Shown one piece after another: positions 39,290-48,888 of a stretch of 64,000 bases of DNA. This DNA comes from Promethearchaeota archaeon (GTDB lineage: Archaea > Asgardarchaeota > Thorarchaeia > Thorarchaeales > Thorarchaeaceae), in contig WJIL01000006.1 of NCBI GenBank assembly GCA_014730275.1, positions 36,191-100,190 of the forward strand, read 5' to 3'. The stretch's first letter is position 1. Each line of letters begins with the position of its first letter. The notes beneath the pieces are model-generated. The model ran no database searches, had not been told where the DNA came from, and was given only the letters and a program-made list of their open reading frames with translations. A program made the position numbers and the translations under genes.

Positions 39290-40099
39290 ATGTCCTGGCG
39301 ATTGATAGATAATGAAGAATCCGATATATACAGGAATTTGGCGCTAGAAGAGAGTCTGGCCAGAACAAATGCTGGTGCAGTCGATAAAACAAATACAGTG
39401 CGGTTCTGGAAATCGGAACCCTCCGTGGTACTTGGTAGGTTTCAATGTGTTCATGAGGAAGTGAACATAGAGTTTTGCAGGAACAACGATATCAGTATAG
39501 CTAGAAGATTTACTGGTGGAGGAACTGTTTTTCACGACGAAGGTAATCTGAATATTTCATTCTGTCTCGATCAGTCGGAAAGCTGTGTTTCAAGAACCCT
39601 TCGAGAACTCTATTGGAATTTCATAGGCACTCTAGCCAAAGGTCTACGAAGCATCGGCATAGGCGCCAGTTATGACCCCAACAGAAGCTGTATTCGCATA
39701 AACGGGAGAAAGATTACAGGCACAGCAGGATGGCTCAAACAAGGAGTCTCATTCATCCACGGTACGCTCCTACTATCTGCAAATCTCGAAACGCTTAGGA
39801 GAGCACTTAGTCCGCCTCCAAATCAACCAGTCTATCTTAGAGATGGCAGGTCCATACGATGCAAGGAGAGCAAAAAGGACGTTGTTACCACAATTGCCAA
39901 AGAGTTCGACTCGCCACCTAATGAAGACGAAATCAAGCAAGCAATCATAGATAGTATTGCAACGTTCACAGGAGCGGAAATCGTCAAAGATAACTTTACT
40001 CAAAAAGAAGAGGCCATGGCAAATTCACTATATCATACGAGATACAAGAGAACTAAGTGGAATCTAGGCACACTGTCTGAAAGCAAATCTAGGAAATAG
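39290..40099 (+). CDS. lplA: Lipoate-protein ligase A (LplA/BPL-LPL catalytic domain)
   Basis: 'RRFTGGGTVFHDEGNLNISF' (RRxSGGGAVYHDxGN-type motif) and catalytic-lysine region 'GRKITGTAGW'. ATG 39290 gives a typical 'MSWRLIDNEESD' N-terminus (ORF track begins at TTG 39245). Confidence 0.8.
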   Translation: MSWRLIDNEESDIYRNLALEESLARTNAGAVDKTNTVRFWKSEPSVVLGRFQCVHEEVNIEFCRNNDISIARRFTGGGTVFHDEGNLNISFCLDQSESCVSRTLRELYWNFIGTLAKGLRSIGIGASYDPNRSCIRINGRKITGTAGWLKQGVSFIHGTLLLSANLETLRRALSPPPNQPVYLRDGRSIRCKESKKDVVTTIAKEFDSPPNEDEIKQAIIDSIATFTGAEIVKDNFTQKEEAMANSLYHTRYKRTKWNLGTLSESKSRK

Positions 40100-40206
40100 T
40101 AGATTCTAGTTAAGGCCAAAAAACGGGTTTTTCAGAAACACTTTAACATAGCGTAATCCAACTTGGAGCCTGAGCAGATATTGCTAATCAAACGGAGAAA
40201 AGAGAG

Positions 40207-40545
40207 ATGACCAAAGACGTTGGAGACAGGCTGCGTTACTTCCAAAAGCATTTTGGCGCACTGAACAGAGACATTCCGGAGACAAGAAACGCATTTACGG
40301 ATCTTCTCAAGATAGTAGATCGGGATGGTGCCCTGCCACGCAAATTCAAAGAAATCATATGCATTGTAGCTAGCATTCTCGAGCCCTGTGAGAGCTGCAT
40401 GGTGTATCATACGAAACAGGCGTTATCAGCTGGAGCTTCTAGAGAAGAAATCATGGAAGGGTGTGCAGTTGCAATAGTTATGGGTGGTGGACCCGCAGCA
40501 GCCCACATTGCAACAGTGCAAGATGCATTAGACAAGTGGGCATAG
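40207..40545 (+). CDS. Carboxymuconolactone decarboxylase-family (AhpD-like) protein
   Basis: 'CESCMVYH' CxxC-H motif typical of the CMD/AhpD fold. Confidence 0.7.
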   Translation: MTKDVGDRLRYFQKHFGALNRDIPETRNAFTDLLKIVDRDGALPRKFKEIICIVASILEPCESCMVYHTKQALSAGASREEIMEGCAVAIVMGGGPAAAHIATVQDALDKWA

Positions 40546-40899
40546 TTAGTAATTCTTTACGCAGATAAATTTGGCAGGGTTATCCCCCTTGTTGAAGAAT
40601 TGATGTTCTTCATTTCCTGCAATATGTAAAACATCACCTGCAGTAAGAAGAATGGATTTACCCTCAATAACAGCAGTAGGCGTCCCTTCAAGGACATAGA
40701 CACCATGATCATGTTCATGGTTATCGAGCGAAGTATGACCGTTCGGCTCAATTTGGTATGTTCGCATCGCAAAATGAGTTGAGCCGTTCTCAGAATTGAG
40801 CAGTGAATTCTTCCACACGCCTTCGACGCCGTTAGCAGTAACTTGCTCGTAGTCTGATAAGTCAGAGTCTCTTGTCAAATACAAGGCGGATACATCCAT
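40546..40899 (-). CDS. Cupin-domain protein
   Basis: 'HEHDHGVYVLEG' and 'GDVLHIAGNEEHQF' two-motif cupin signature. Confidence 0.6.
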   Translation of the reverse strand: MDVSALYLTRDSDLSDYEQVTANGVEGVWKNSLLNSENGSTHFAMRTYQIEPNGHTSLDNHEHDHGVYVLEGTPTAVIEGKSILLTAGDVLHIAGNEEHQFFNKGDNPAKFICVKNY

Positions 40900-41002
40900 A
40901 TAGATTTTTGAAAGGTCCCCTCAAAAGAGCACTGGTTGCTTTTTTGGTCCAATCAACCCTTTTTTCGTATTGGGAGTGTTAAGTGTGTTCTTTAGGGCTG
41001 AA

Positions 41003-41446
41003 TCAACCATATTTTCTACGTGTTTTCTCATCGGTCATAACATGCTTCAAACGTTCTTCCCACTCGGGAGCTTCCCACGTCCCGAGAGCTCGATGAGTTT
41101 TCATGTAACTTGAAGGGATGGGGTGGGTTCCTAGAACAATGTCTAGGCCAAATTTTTCTTCGATGAAATTTTCGAAGTAGTCAATCATAGTGCACGGAGG
41201 ATACCCGACTAGAAATCCTGTAGCAAGATGAATTACCTCTGCGCCATTTGCTTTCATTTCTTCTCCAGCGTACTCTATGTTGCCGCCTGGACATCCACCA
41301 CAAGTTGCATAGCCAACAATCCGTAATTCCTCATCGTAGATGCTGAATGCGCCTTCTCGTGCATGGAGTGACCTGAAGCATTTACCCCCTGCGCAATCCC
41401 CATAGCGTTCACAGACTATGATTCCCAGTTTCTTCATTTCTCTCAT
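41003..41446 (-). CDS. CGGC-domain protein
   Basis: 'CERYGDCAGGKCF' and 'YATCGGCPGGNIEY' match the CGGC domain (PF08821) Cys pattern. Confidence 0.55.
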   Translation of the reverse strand: MREMKKLGIIVCERYGDCAGGKCFRSLHAREGAFSIYDEELRIVGYATCGGCPGGNIEYAGEEMKANGAEVIHLATGFLVGYPPCTMIDYFENFIEEKFGLDIVLGTHPIPSSYMKTHRALGTWEAPEWEERLKHVMTDEKTRRKYG

Positions 41447-41461
41447 CTCAGTAGTAGATTT

Positions 41462-42502
41462 CTATGAGAAATTGGTAAAGAGAACTTTGATTGCTTTCTG
41501 ATCCTCCATTAGCTCAAATCCCTGTTCCCATTCATCAAGGGATAGTCGGTGAGTTATCAGCGGGGCAACAGCGATTTTGCGTGAAGCCATCAACTTCAGT
41601 GTTGTTACCCAAGATGAAGGTATGGTGCCCCATGTGCCGGTCATTGTCAGTTCTTTCACAATCATCTGATCGAGGTCTACTTCAGCAGGGCGACCACGCA
41701 CTCCTAGAAGAGCTACGTGTCCCGCCACTTTCACGAATTCTAGGGCCTGACTGCAAGCAGCACATGAGCCAGATGCTTCAACCACAACATCAGCACCTAT
41801 TCCTAGGGATTCATCGTTGACAATATCGATTGGATCTTCCTTCTCAATATCGATTGTACGGTCGGCTCCGGTACGTTCTGCAATGTCAAGCCGCCATCTA
41901 TCAGAAGACATACCGGTGACAATGACTTTTCCTGCCCCCATAGCTTTGGCAACTTGCAATGATAGCAGTCCCATCGTGCCTGGACCTTGAACGACAACAA
42001 CATCTCCAGGACAAATAGGAGATTTCTCAATAAGCGCGTGGACCACACATGCGGTGGGTTCAGCCAAGGCCGCTTCTTCCAAGGGTACGCTGTCTGGAAC
42101 CTTGTGTATGATATACTCTGGCACGGTAAGATACTGGGCAAATGCACCATTCGCTCTCGAGACCCCGAGAATACGCTTGTTGGGAGCGGTGCATCTGTTT
42201 ACGTGTCCAGTTTTGCATTGGTGACACTGTCCACAATATGCGGTGGCTGGAGAAACCACTTCATCTCCAACTTGGATAGTGGAAACCTCAGAGCCGATAT
42301 CAACAACCGTTCCGGAGTATTCGTGGCCAAGGACTACTGGTGGGGTATGAAATGCTTGATCGTGCTTTATATGAACATCAGTCCCACAAATACCAGCAGC
42401 TTCGACTTTCACCAAAACTTCATCATTTTGGGGTTTGGGCTCGGAAATGGTTCGTATCTCTAGATTACCCGCACCGCGGGCGGTTTTCATTAGGCTTTTC
42501 AA
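41462..42502 (-). CDS. Zn-dependent alcohol dehydrogenase (MDR family; threonine/sorbitol dehydrogenase-like)
   Basis: 'GICGTDVHIKHD', 'GHEYSGTVVDIG', structural-zinc 'CGQCHQCKTGHVNRC', NAD motif 'VVVQGPGTMGL'. Confidence 0.8.
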   Translation of the reverse strand: MKSLMKTARGAGNLEIRTISEPKPQNDEVLVKVEAAGICGTDVHIKHDQAFHTPPVVLGHEYSGTVVDIGSEVSTIQVGDEVVSPATAYCGQCHQCKTGHVNRCTAPNKRILGVSRANGAFAQYLTVPEYIIHKVPDSVPLEEAALAEPTACVVHALIEKSPICPGDVVVVQGPGTMGLLSLQVAKAMGAGKVIVTGMSSDRWRLDIAERTGADRTIDIEKEDPIDIVNDESLGIGADVVVEASGSCAACSQALEFVKVAGHVALLGVRGRPAEVDLDQMIVKELTMTGTWGTIPSSWVTTLKLMASRKIAVAPLITHRLSLDEWEQGFELMEDQKAIKVLFTNFS

Positions 42503-42533
42503 ATGTTTAGGCTCCCATAGAAGTTATCAGAGC

Positions 42534-42995
42534 TCAAACTTCTTCGAATGTAGCTCGAACAGTAGCACCACAATAGCTACATTTGGCTTCAAGCGGACCT
42601 ACCCAGTCAATGGATTCATGTGATAATGAAGCTCCACAACTCGGGCAGCGCTCTGGAAGTCGTACTGTCTGCATAGTGGAACCATCCCTACGAGTTCCCT
42701 GTTCACGATGTCTCTCAGGTATTACAAAAGAGGGGGGCTGTACGGTGAAACCAGAGGCGGTTTGGCCTATACCCTTACAGACCTTGAAAGACACTATTAA
42801 GAAAATAACGAAGAATATTATTGGGAACAGCAAGAAAAACGCTGAGAAGCCAAAAAAGAAATCAAAGAATTCAAAGGGGCTGAATGGAAATTGCAACGGT
42901 AGTTCTCCTCTTGTAATGAGTTCTCTAGGTTGATGTCGGGAAAGTCCCTTATTACATTTGTCAGAAAAGAGGTGCTGCAGGATACGGGAGGGCAC
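42534..42995 (-). CDS. TM helix + C-terminal zinc-ribbon protein (N-terminally short paralog of 17132..17851)
   Basis: 'VIPERHREQGTRRDGSTMQTVRLPERCPSCGASLSHESIDWVGPLEAKCSYCGATV' aligns closely with the C-terminus of 17132..17851, including the preceding TM helix. Confidence 0.45.
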   Translation of the reverse strand: MPSRILQHLFSDKCNKGLSRHQPRELITRGELPLQFPFSPFEFFDFFFGFSAFFLLFPIIFFVIFLIVSFKVCKGIGQTASGFTVQPPSFVIPERHREQGTRRDGSTMQTVRLPERCPSCGASLSHESIDWVGPLEAKCSYCGATVRATFEEV

Positions 42996-43023
42996 AATCT
43001 ATAAAAGATGGCTAAGGTTGTAA

Positions 43024-43416
43024 TTGAGTTGTCTAATCGATGGAGGAACCAATACATTGCAAATTCCAGCCTTTCTGCTTCGGAAACTGTATATCAAAGG
43101 CAGTCTAGAAAACGTTGAAGACGGATTCCATTTCAAAATCAAGAACTCGTTGTCCCCCGGCACAGCAACCGCGATGGATCCCATCAAGGTTGATGACGAA
43201 GAGTACCCTCTAGAGAATACAGTCATTAAATCTGAAGACACCGAAATCACAGGTTCAGAGGTCTCGGAGGATAACCCGATTCCAATCAAAGTCGGCGTTG
43301 AAATTCTAATTAAAGTTGAGGGCGATCAGCTCGGTGAGGGAGAACACAAAATCGATATTGGTCTTCAAACAAAAGAAGCCGGGAAATTGGCATTCGACGT
43401 CAAAGACGCTTTGTAA
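43024..43416 (+). CDS. Hypothetical protein
   Basis: ORF only; TTG start, first ATG gives ~80 aa; no motif recognised. Confidence 0.3.
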   Translation: MSCLIDGGTNTLQIPAFLLRKLYIKGSLENVEDGFHFKIKNSLSPGTATAMDPIKVDDEEYPLENTVIKSEDTEITGSEVSEDNPIPIKVGVEILIKVEGDQLGEGEHKIDIGLQTKEAGKLAFDVKDAL

Positions 43417-43532
43417 AAGAAGCATATTAGGTAACAAGAGTCGATACGAACCCAATCATCATAGAATCCATCTATGCCTCTCTTGGCGGTAGGGAGGGTT
43501 TAAACTTCGAAAAATGCATTCCACATGATGAA

Positions 43533-43979
43533 TTACCAACACCAAGGAGCATCAAGCTGGAGAAAGTGATAGGAGACTGATGAGAGGGAAATCCCAAAAC
43601 TGGCCTGTACTGTATACCCAATCACGGGAATTATCATAACATCGGCTCCAAAGATGAAGAAGGATGAAAGGAACATACCTCCAATAATTGATAGAAATGA
43701 TAGAATGATTACCAGTAGTGTTACGTATGCAAATCGATGAATAATCCATCCTGCTTTATCATCTCTATTTACCAATTGTAGAATCATCAGAATCTGAATC
43801 AGTTCGAAGGTGGTACCGAGAACAATCGTTGCTGATGCGAGCTGCTGAATCAGAAAATATCCAAGCGCACCAAACATGGATAGGAGGACACTGAGACTCA
43901 ATATCAATGATGTCAGAAATGAGTATATTCTGAACATGATGGGTCTCTTGAACTGTTCTATCACACGCACACCTTTCAC
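43533..43979 (-). CDS. 4-TM membrane protein
   Basis: Hydrophobic helices; 4-nt overlap with the downstream alpha/beta hydrolase gene. Confidence 0.4.
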   Translation of the reverse strand: MKGVRVIEQFKRPIMFRIYSFLTSLILSLSVLLSMFGALGYFLIQQLASATIVLGTTFELIQILMILQLVNRDDKAGWIIHRFAYVTLLVIILSFLSIIGGMFLSSFFIFGADVMIIPVIGYTVQASFGISLSSVSYHFLQLDAPWCW

Positions 43980-44887
43980 CCCCCATTCAATTCTAAGCTC
44001 ATGAATCGCTCAACATAGTATGTTGACATCTGTGCCCCGTATGCATAGAAGTTATAGTCAAAACCATGCCCCGCCAAGGGTATGGTAATGAGAAGACACC
44101 TATGTCCAAGGTTATTTGCCAGTCGATAGAAACTCACTCCTTGACTCTCATAATCAGCTAACCCATCCATACCCCCATGAATAATCATGATAGGCGGAAC
44201 TATCGTACTGTTCGAAATAAGCGAGGCTGCAAAGAGCTTCTTGTATTGTTCTTCAATTGGTAAGTCGCCCTCCACGAGGGGATCAAAAAAACCACGTTCA
44301 TCCCTTGTGATATTTGTCACTGGATAAAACCAAATGCCAGCCCTGACAGTCATATTGGACGAGAAGTATCCTGCGAACAGAGCGTTCTTGTGACCAATAG
44401 TCACGAGTGAGGCAAGATTCCCTCCTGCTGACCTTCCTACAACAAAGATATTCTCCATGTCCGCTCTGTATTTCGAGCTGTTCATTTCAAGCATCTTTGT
44501 GAAATAGCCCACATTCTCAATCTGATTGTCGATGTTGTAGCTTCCGTTGTAAGAGGGTCCAAATGATGCTAGTGAAGAGAATGTGCCAAAGTGTTCCACA
44601 TATTCCTCGGGCAGGCTTGTGACATCAAAAAGACCATACTGAATATCGAATACCACAAATCCTTGTGATGCGAAGTATTGATTGAACAGAGGGATGTTAT
44701 AACTACCTTTGTCGCCGAGAACCCATGCTCCACCGTGAAGTGTAATAATAACCGGAAATGGACCCGCTCCCATGGGACAATACCAATCGAAGAAGAAAGT
44801 GTCCTGACCATTATCGAGATAGGGGATGTCGTATTCCGCACTGAAGCTCGTTTCGTCAATAGGAACCCCGAATAGATTGTCAAACAT
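43976..44887 (-). CDS. Alpha/beta-hydrolase fold esterase (Abhydrolase_3-like)
   Basis: Oxyanion 'HGGAWVLGDKGS', nucleophile elbow 'GRSAGGNLAS' (GxSxG), C-terminal 'HGGMDGLADYE' and 'PLAGHGF'. Confidence 0.7.
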   Translation of the reverse strand: MFDNLFGVPIDETSFSAEYDIPYLDNGQDTFFFDWYCPMGAGPFPVIITLHGGAWVLGDKGSYNIPLFNQYFASQGFVVFDIQYGLFDVTSLPEEYVEHFGTFSSLASFGPSYNGSYNIDNQIENVGYFTKMLEMNSSKYRADMENIFVVGRSAGGNLASLVTIGHKNALFAGYFSSNMTVRAGIWFYPVTNITRDERGFFDPLVEGDLPIEEQYKKLFAASLISNSTIVPPIMIIHGGMDGLADYESQGVSFYRLANNLGHRCLLITIPLAGHGFDYNFYAYGAQMSTYYVERFMSLELNGG

Positions 44888-44929
44888 CGAGTAAGGAGCA
44901 GGCCGTAGTCCTGAAGTATCAAGTTCCGC

Positions 44930-45340
44930 CTATTGTGCCCCATAAACTGACACCATCTGATTCTCGGCCTCGGCAATGCTAAAGGGCATGACGGGATAAG
45001 GAATGATTGCACCAACGAAAATGAATGCACAAACCCCCGCTATAACTAGCCTTTCTCTCCGTTTTTCTATGAAGGAAAACCGAATGATGATCACCCCACT
45101 TGTCAGCACTAGAATGTAAAGCAGTGGAGCAACACCAGGATAGAACATCGCTATGAGCCAGCCAAGGGTGGAAGAGCCAAAGAAGAGGTAGAGGATTGTG
45201 ACCAGCCCGAAGAGGCCTATACAGAGGTAGCAAAGGAAAAGCAGGATATATCGAAGAATCTGCTTGAGTCTCATCTCTTTCCTCTCAGCCGTAAATATGC
45301 AGTACAGTACTTCGGTATTAATGCTTATCGAGATAATCAA
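44930..45340 (-). CDS. Small membrane protein
   Basis: Three hydrophobic helices; start probably at internal 'MRLKQIL'. Confidence 0.35.
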   Translation of the reverse strand: MIISISINTEVLYCIFTAERKEMRLKQILRYILLFLCYLCIGLFGLVTILYLFFGSSTLGWLIAMFYPGVAPLLYILVLTSGVIIIRFSFIEKRRERLVIAGVCAFIFVGAIIPYPVMPFSIAEAENQMVSVYGAQ

Positions 45341-45511
45341 GAAGAAATGTATTCAGGTGCAAAAACGTTGTAACATGTGAAACAATCTTCATAATGATCA
45401 ATTCTGCAAAGGGAGTCCCCACGGCTGAATATACAAGATGCGTGTAGACAAGCAAGAAAGATAACCCACTGATGAATAGATGGGAGGGGCTGAAAACAGC
45501 CCCGTTTAGCT

Positions 45512-47077
45512 TCAACTTGTTTTCCATCTGTACACTACAATGACCAATATAATCACTGCGGCAATCCCAATCACACCAACTATGACGAGGGGATCAATAC
45601 CACCATCAGGCGGAAGTGTGGTTGTTCCTGTGTCTATGCCTTGCACAGTTGTGAATTCATAGTACTTGTGAGTCCATTCACCATTCGAACCTTTGGCGTA
45701 GACGTCTAGCGTATGAAGACCATTGGTATCAGGCAACGTTCCTAACGTGGTACTGTTGTCACCTCCGTCCCAAGAGAAGTACTTCTCTTCTGGAACTTCG
45801 CTGAAGTAAAACTCTGGTGCTTCATCTGGTAACGCAGACGAAGTATTGGCAATTTCGCGATAAGCAATCTCAATGGGACCCTCATAAGGAAGAGTATAGG
45901 TTTCAGTTACATCTCCGTCCTTATTGACAGTCTCCATTTCGATTCTTCGGGGAGAAGTATTGAGTCGCACATAGTGGTTATAGTCGCCGCCCCACGGAGT
46001 CCGATACAGCTTTGGTCCGACACCACTTGAGGTGACATGTACAACGCCATTTACTGTTATCCGCTGGAATACGTGGTCATGTCCACTGAGAAACATGGTC
46101 ACATTCTCCTCCTCAAACAGGTTCTGAAGACGGGCTCGCTCGGTCTTATTGGCATCTATCGCACTGTCTATGTGGGCAACAGGATAGAACGGTTGATGAG
46201 CAACAACATATTTGATTTCCTTGTCGGTGCTTTGAAGATCGTTTACCAGCCAGTCATACTGTTCTCCAGTTATTCTACGCGGGGTCTCAGGTACTTCAGT
46301 ATCGAGAAATGTGAAGTGCACACCCGCATAGTCGAACGAAAACCAAGTTGAGTTTCCACCATACTGGTGGAACGAGTCCAAGAACCAATCTGCGTAGGTT
46401 TCTCCTGGTCTTGTATCATGGTTTCCTATGCAACCATAGATTGGTGTATAATGACCCAGCTTATCAGACACATTGAGATAGTTACCCCAAGCAATCTCAT
46501 TGTAGGTTTCATCAGTTGCGGATACTTCATGCACAAAATCACCCGCAATTATTACGAGATGGGGCTCTTCATTGCGTGCCATGTCCACGAAATCCCGGAA
46601 TATCTGAGACTGTCCCGGTGCCATTGATTGTAGGGGCTGTGGATCGCCCATTACGATGAGCTTGAATGGTGTCCCATCCTCAGGTTCCGTTTTGAAGTAA
46701 TAAACCTCGCTACTGGTTCCATCAGAAACAGCTTCATAGTACACCGTTGTTCCAGCTTCTAATCCATCAATCCAGATGCTGTGTTCTTTGCTCGAAGTGG
46801 GATTACTAACACTCGAATCGAGGTTGTCAGAAGCATTTCCATAGTTTACTGTGGCATTCGTTGGAGTTTTTGTTTCCCAGTAAATCATGGCTGAAGTCTT
46901 GTTTACCATGTGAACCGTCGGTCCTCGCGGAAAAATCTCATCATCAGCCCGAACCGCATCAGGCTGGATCTCGCTGTCGAGCGGAGCAATTTCCAATCCT
47001 GCAAGGGGAGCTCCAGCAAAAGATAGAATCAGCAGTGAAAAAATAATTAGGAATGAAGGTTTTCTGGACATCTGCAA
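45512..47077 (-). CDS. Secreted, C-terminally membrane-anchored purple-acid-phosphatase-like metallophosphoesterase (paralog A)
   Basis: Signal peptide; FN3-like PAP N-domain ('VHMVNKTSAMIYWET'); calcineurin-like motifs 'GDPQP', 'IAGDFVHE', 'GNHD', 'GHDHVFQR'; C-terminal TM 'IVGVIGIAAVIILVIVVY'. Confidence 0.75.
   Translation of the reverse strand: MQMSRKPSFLIIFSLLILSFAGAPLAGLEIAPLDSEIQPDAVRADDEIFPRGPTVHMVNKTSAMIYWETKTPTNATVNYGNASDNLDSSVSNPTSSKEHSIWIDGLEAGTTVYYEAVSDGTSSEVYYFKTEPEDGTPFKLIVMGDPQPLQSMAPGQSQIFRDFVDMARNEEPHLVIIAGDFVHEVSATDETYNEIAWGNYLNVSDKLGHYTPIYGCIGNHDTRPGETYADWFLDSFHQYGGNSTWFSFDYAGVHFTFLDTEVPETPRRITGEQYDWLVNDLQSTDKEIKYVVAHQPFYPVAHIDSAIDANKTERARLQNLFEEENVTMFLSGHDHVFQRITVNGVVHVTSSGVGPKLYRTPWGGDYNHYVRLNTSPRRIEMETVNKDGDVTETYTLPYEGPIEIAYREIANTSSALPDEAPEFYFSEVPEEKYFSWDGGDNSTTLGTLPDTNGLHTLDVYAKGSNGEWTHKYYEFTTVQGIDTGTTTLPPDGGIDPLVIVGVIGIAAVIILVIVVYRWKTS
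45741..45803. repeat. 63-nt tract identical to 47446..47508 (inside paralog A)
   Basis: Exact match of 'cctaacgtggtactgttgtcacctccgtcccaagagaagtacttctcttctggaacttcgct' found by direct comparison. Confidence 0.8.
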
Positions 47078-47213
47078 TCGCCCAAGATTAGAAATGCATT
47101 ATCCCAAATAAGAACTCGGCTTTCCGAATAGTTCAGTTATTCATTTCTATGGGAATGAATATTGCTAGCTAATTGACTACCAAGTGATGAGAGGGGCGAT
47201 TTCATGGCCCCGC

Positions 47214-48773
47214 TCAAGCGCCCCCCGTTTTCCATTTGTAGACTACAATAACCATTATCACTGCCACAACGCCGAGCACACCAAGAATCACAACAGGATT
47301 CATGCCCGAAGGGGGAGGAGTGGTGGTTGTTTGTGGTTCTTCACCACCAACAGTATCAAACGCATAGTGTTTGTGATTCCATACTCCATCTAATCCTTTG
47401 GCATAGACATCAAGCGTATGAAGCCCGTTGATATCAGGAAATGTCCCTAACGTGGTACTGTTGTCACCTCCGTCCCAAGAGAAGTACTTCTCTTCTGGAA
47501 CTTCGCTAAAGAGAATCAATGGTGCTTGTTCTGGACGTCCAGCTGATGTATTGAAGAATCGTCGTAGAGCAATTTCGATAGAGCCCTCATACGGGAGTGC
47601 ATAGTCTGCTGCAACTTCTCCGTCCGTATTGATGGTTTCCATCTGAATCTCCGCGTCTGAGATATTCCATCTTGTATAGTGATGGAAATCTCCGCCCCAA
47701 GGAGTGGAATAGAGTTTGGGTCCAGCTCCTGCTGTAGTGACATGCAGAACTCCATTGACAGTCAGTCTCTGGAAAACATGGTCGTGCCCTGCAAGATATG
47801 CGGTGACATTGTGCTCTTCAAACAAACTCTGGAGGCGATTCCTTTCTGTCCGGTTTCTATCCAGCGAGCTTCCTATAGCACTAACAGGGTACATTGGTTG
47901 ATGGCCCATCACGAATTTGATTTCTTTGTCTGTGTTTTCTAGATCGTTTACCAACCAATCATATTGCTCTCCACTTATCCTACCTTGATATTCTGGCATT
48001 TCACTATCAAGAAGAGTGAAGTGAACACCTGCGTAATCAAACGAGAAATAGGTGGAATCTCCACCGTATTGCTGGAAGGCTTCAAGAAATCCATCTGCAT
48101 AATGTTCTCCTGAAATGGTATCATGATTTCCAATAACTCCATACATTGGAGCGTAGTGCCCCGCTTTGTCACTTACATTGAGATACTTATTCCAACATAG
48201 GTCGTTATAGCTCTCGTCGGTATCAGAGAGCTGGTCCACATAATCTCCTAGTATCAAAATGAGGTGCGGTTCTTCATTGCGAACCATATCTATAATATCC
48301 TTGAATACTTGCGACTGATCCGGGGCCATTGCTGATGTTGGTTGTGGGTCACTTAGCACAACAAGATTGAATGGTTCACCATCTTCAGGCTCAGTTTTGA
48401 AGTGATAGATATCGCTACTCGTCCCATCAGAAATTGCTTGGTAGTATACCGTCGTTCCAGCATCTAAGCCATCAATCCATACTCTATGCTCTTTTGATAG
48501 CGTCGTGTTTTCCACAGCTGAATCTAAGTTTTCGGAGGTAGATCCGTAGTTCACTGTAGCATTTGTTTGTGTATTCGTTTCCCAGTAAATCATAGCCGCG
48601 GTCTTGTTGACCATATGTACAGTTGGGCCTCTTGGAAAAGCTTCGCTGTCAGCAAAGGCATAAGAGTTCAGTTCTGTATGAGCTACATTGTTATTCCATG
48701 TAGCGAGAGGGATTCCTGCTACTGAGGAGGCAAACAATGAGAGAACAAGTATGAACGATATCTTCTGGGACAT
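47214..48773 (-). CDS. Secreted, C-terminally membrane-anchored purple-acid-phosphatase-like metallophosphoesterase (paralog B)
   Basis: Same motif set ('VHMVNKTAAMIYWET', 'ILGDYVDQ', 'GNHD', 'GHDHVFQR') and C-terminal TM; collinear with paralog A over its whole length. Confidence 0.75.
   Translation of the reverse strand: MSQKISFILVLSLFASSVAGIPLATWNNNVAHTELNSYAFADSEAFPRGPTVHMVNKTAAMIYWETNTQTNATVNYGSTSENLDSAVENTTLSKEHRVWIDGLDAGTTVYYQAISDGTSSDIYHFKTEPEDGEPFNLVVLSDPQPTSAMAPDQSQVFKDIIDMVRNEEPHLILILGDYVDQLSDTDESYNDLCWNKYLNVSDKAGHYAPMYGVIGNHDTISGEHYADGFLEAFQQYGGDSTYFSFDYAGVHFTLLDSEMPEYQGRISGEQYDWLVNDLENTDKEIKFVMGHQPMYPVSAIGSSLDRNRTERNRLQSLFEEHNVTAYLAGHDHVFQRLTVNGVLHVTTAGAGPKLYSTPWGGDFHHYTRWNISDAEIQMETINTDGEVAADYALPYEGSIEIALRRFFNTSAGRPEQAPLILFSEVPEEKYFSWDGGDNSTTLGTFPDINGLHTLDVYAKGLDGVWNHKHYAFDTVGGEEPQTTTTPPPSGMNPVVILGVLGVVAVIMVIVVYKWKTGGA
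47446..47508. repeat. 63-nt tract identical to 45741..45803 (inside paralog B)
   Basis: As above. Confidence 0.8.
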
Positions 48774-48888
48774 TTTGGTACACGTGTATCCAATGTCACC
48801 ATTCTACTTAAAGGCTGACGTGATGGAAATCCAGCGGCACAACAGTTTTGTGGGTTGATGATAGCCAAAAGATGAAGGTGTTGAAATC

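Noticed and set aside
42583-42933. Lys-rich + strand ORF ('KKITKNIIGNSKKNAEKPKKKSKNSKG') overlapping 42534..42995
   Set aside because: An A-rich strand artefact. The opposite strand encodes a TM helix + zinc ribbon that is paralogous to 17132..17851, which identifies the true coding strand.
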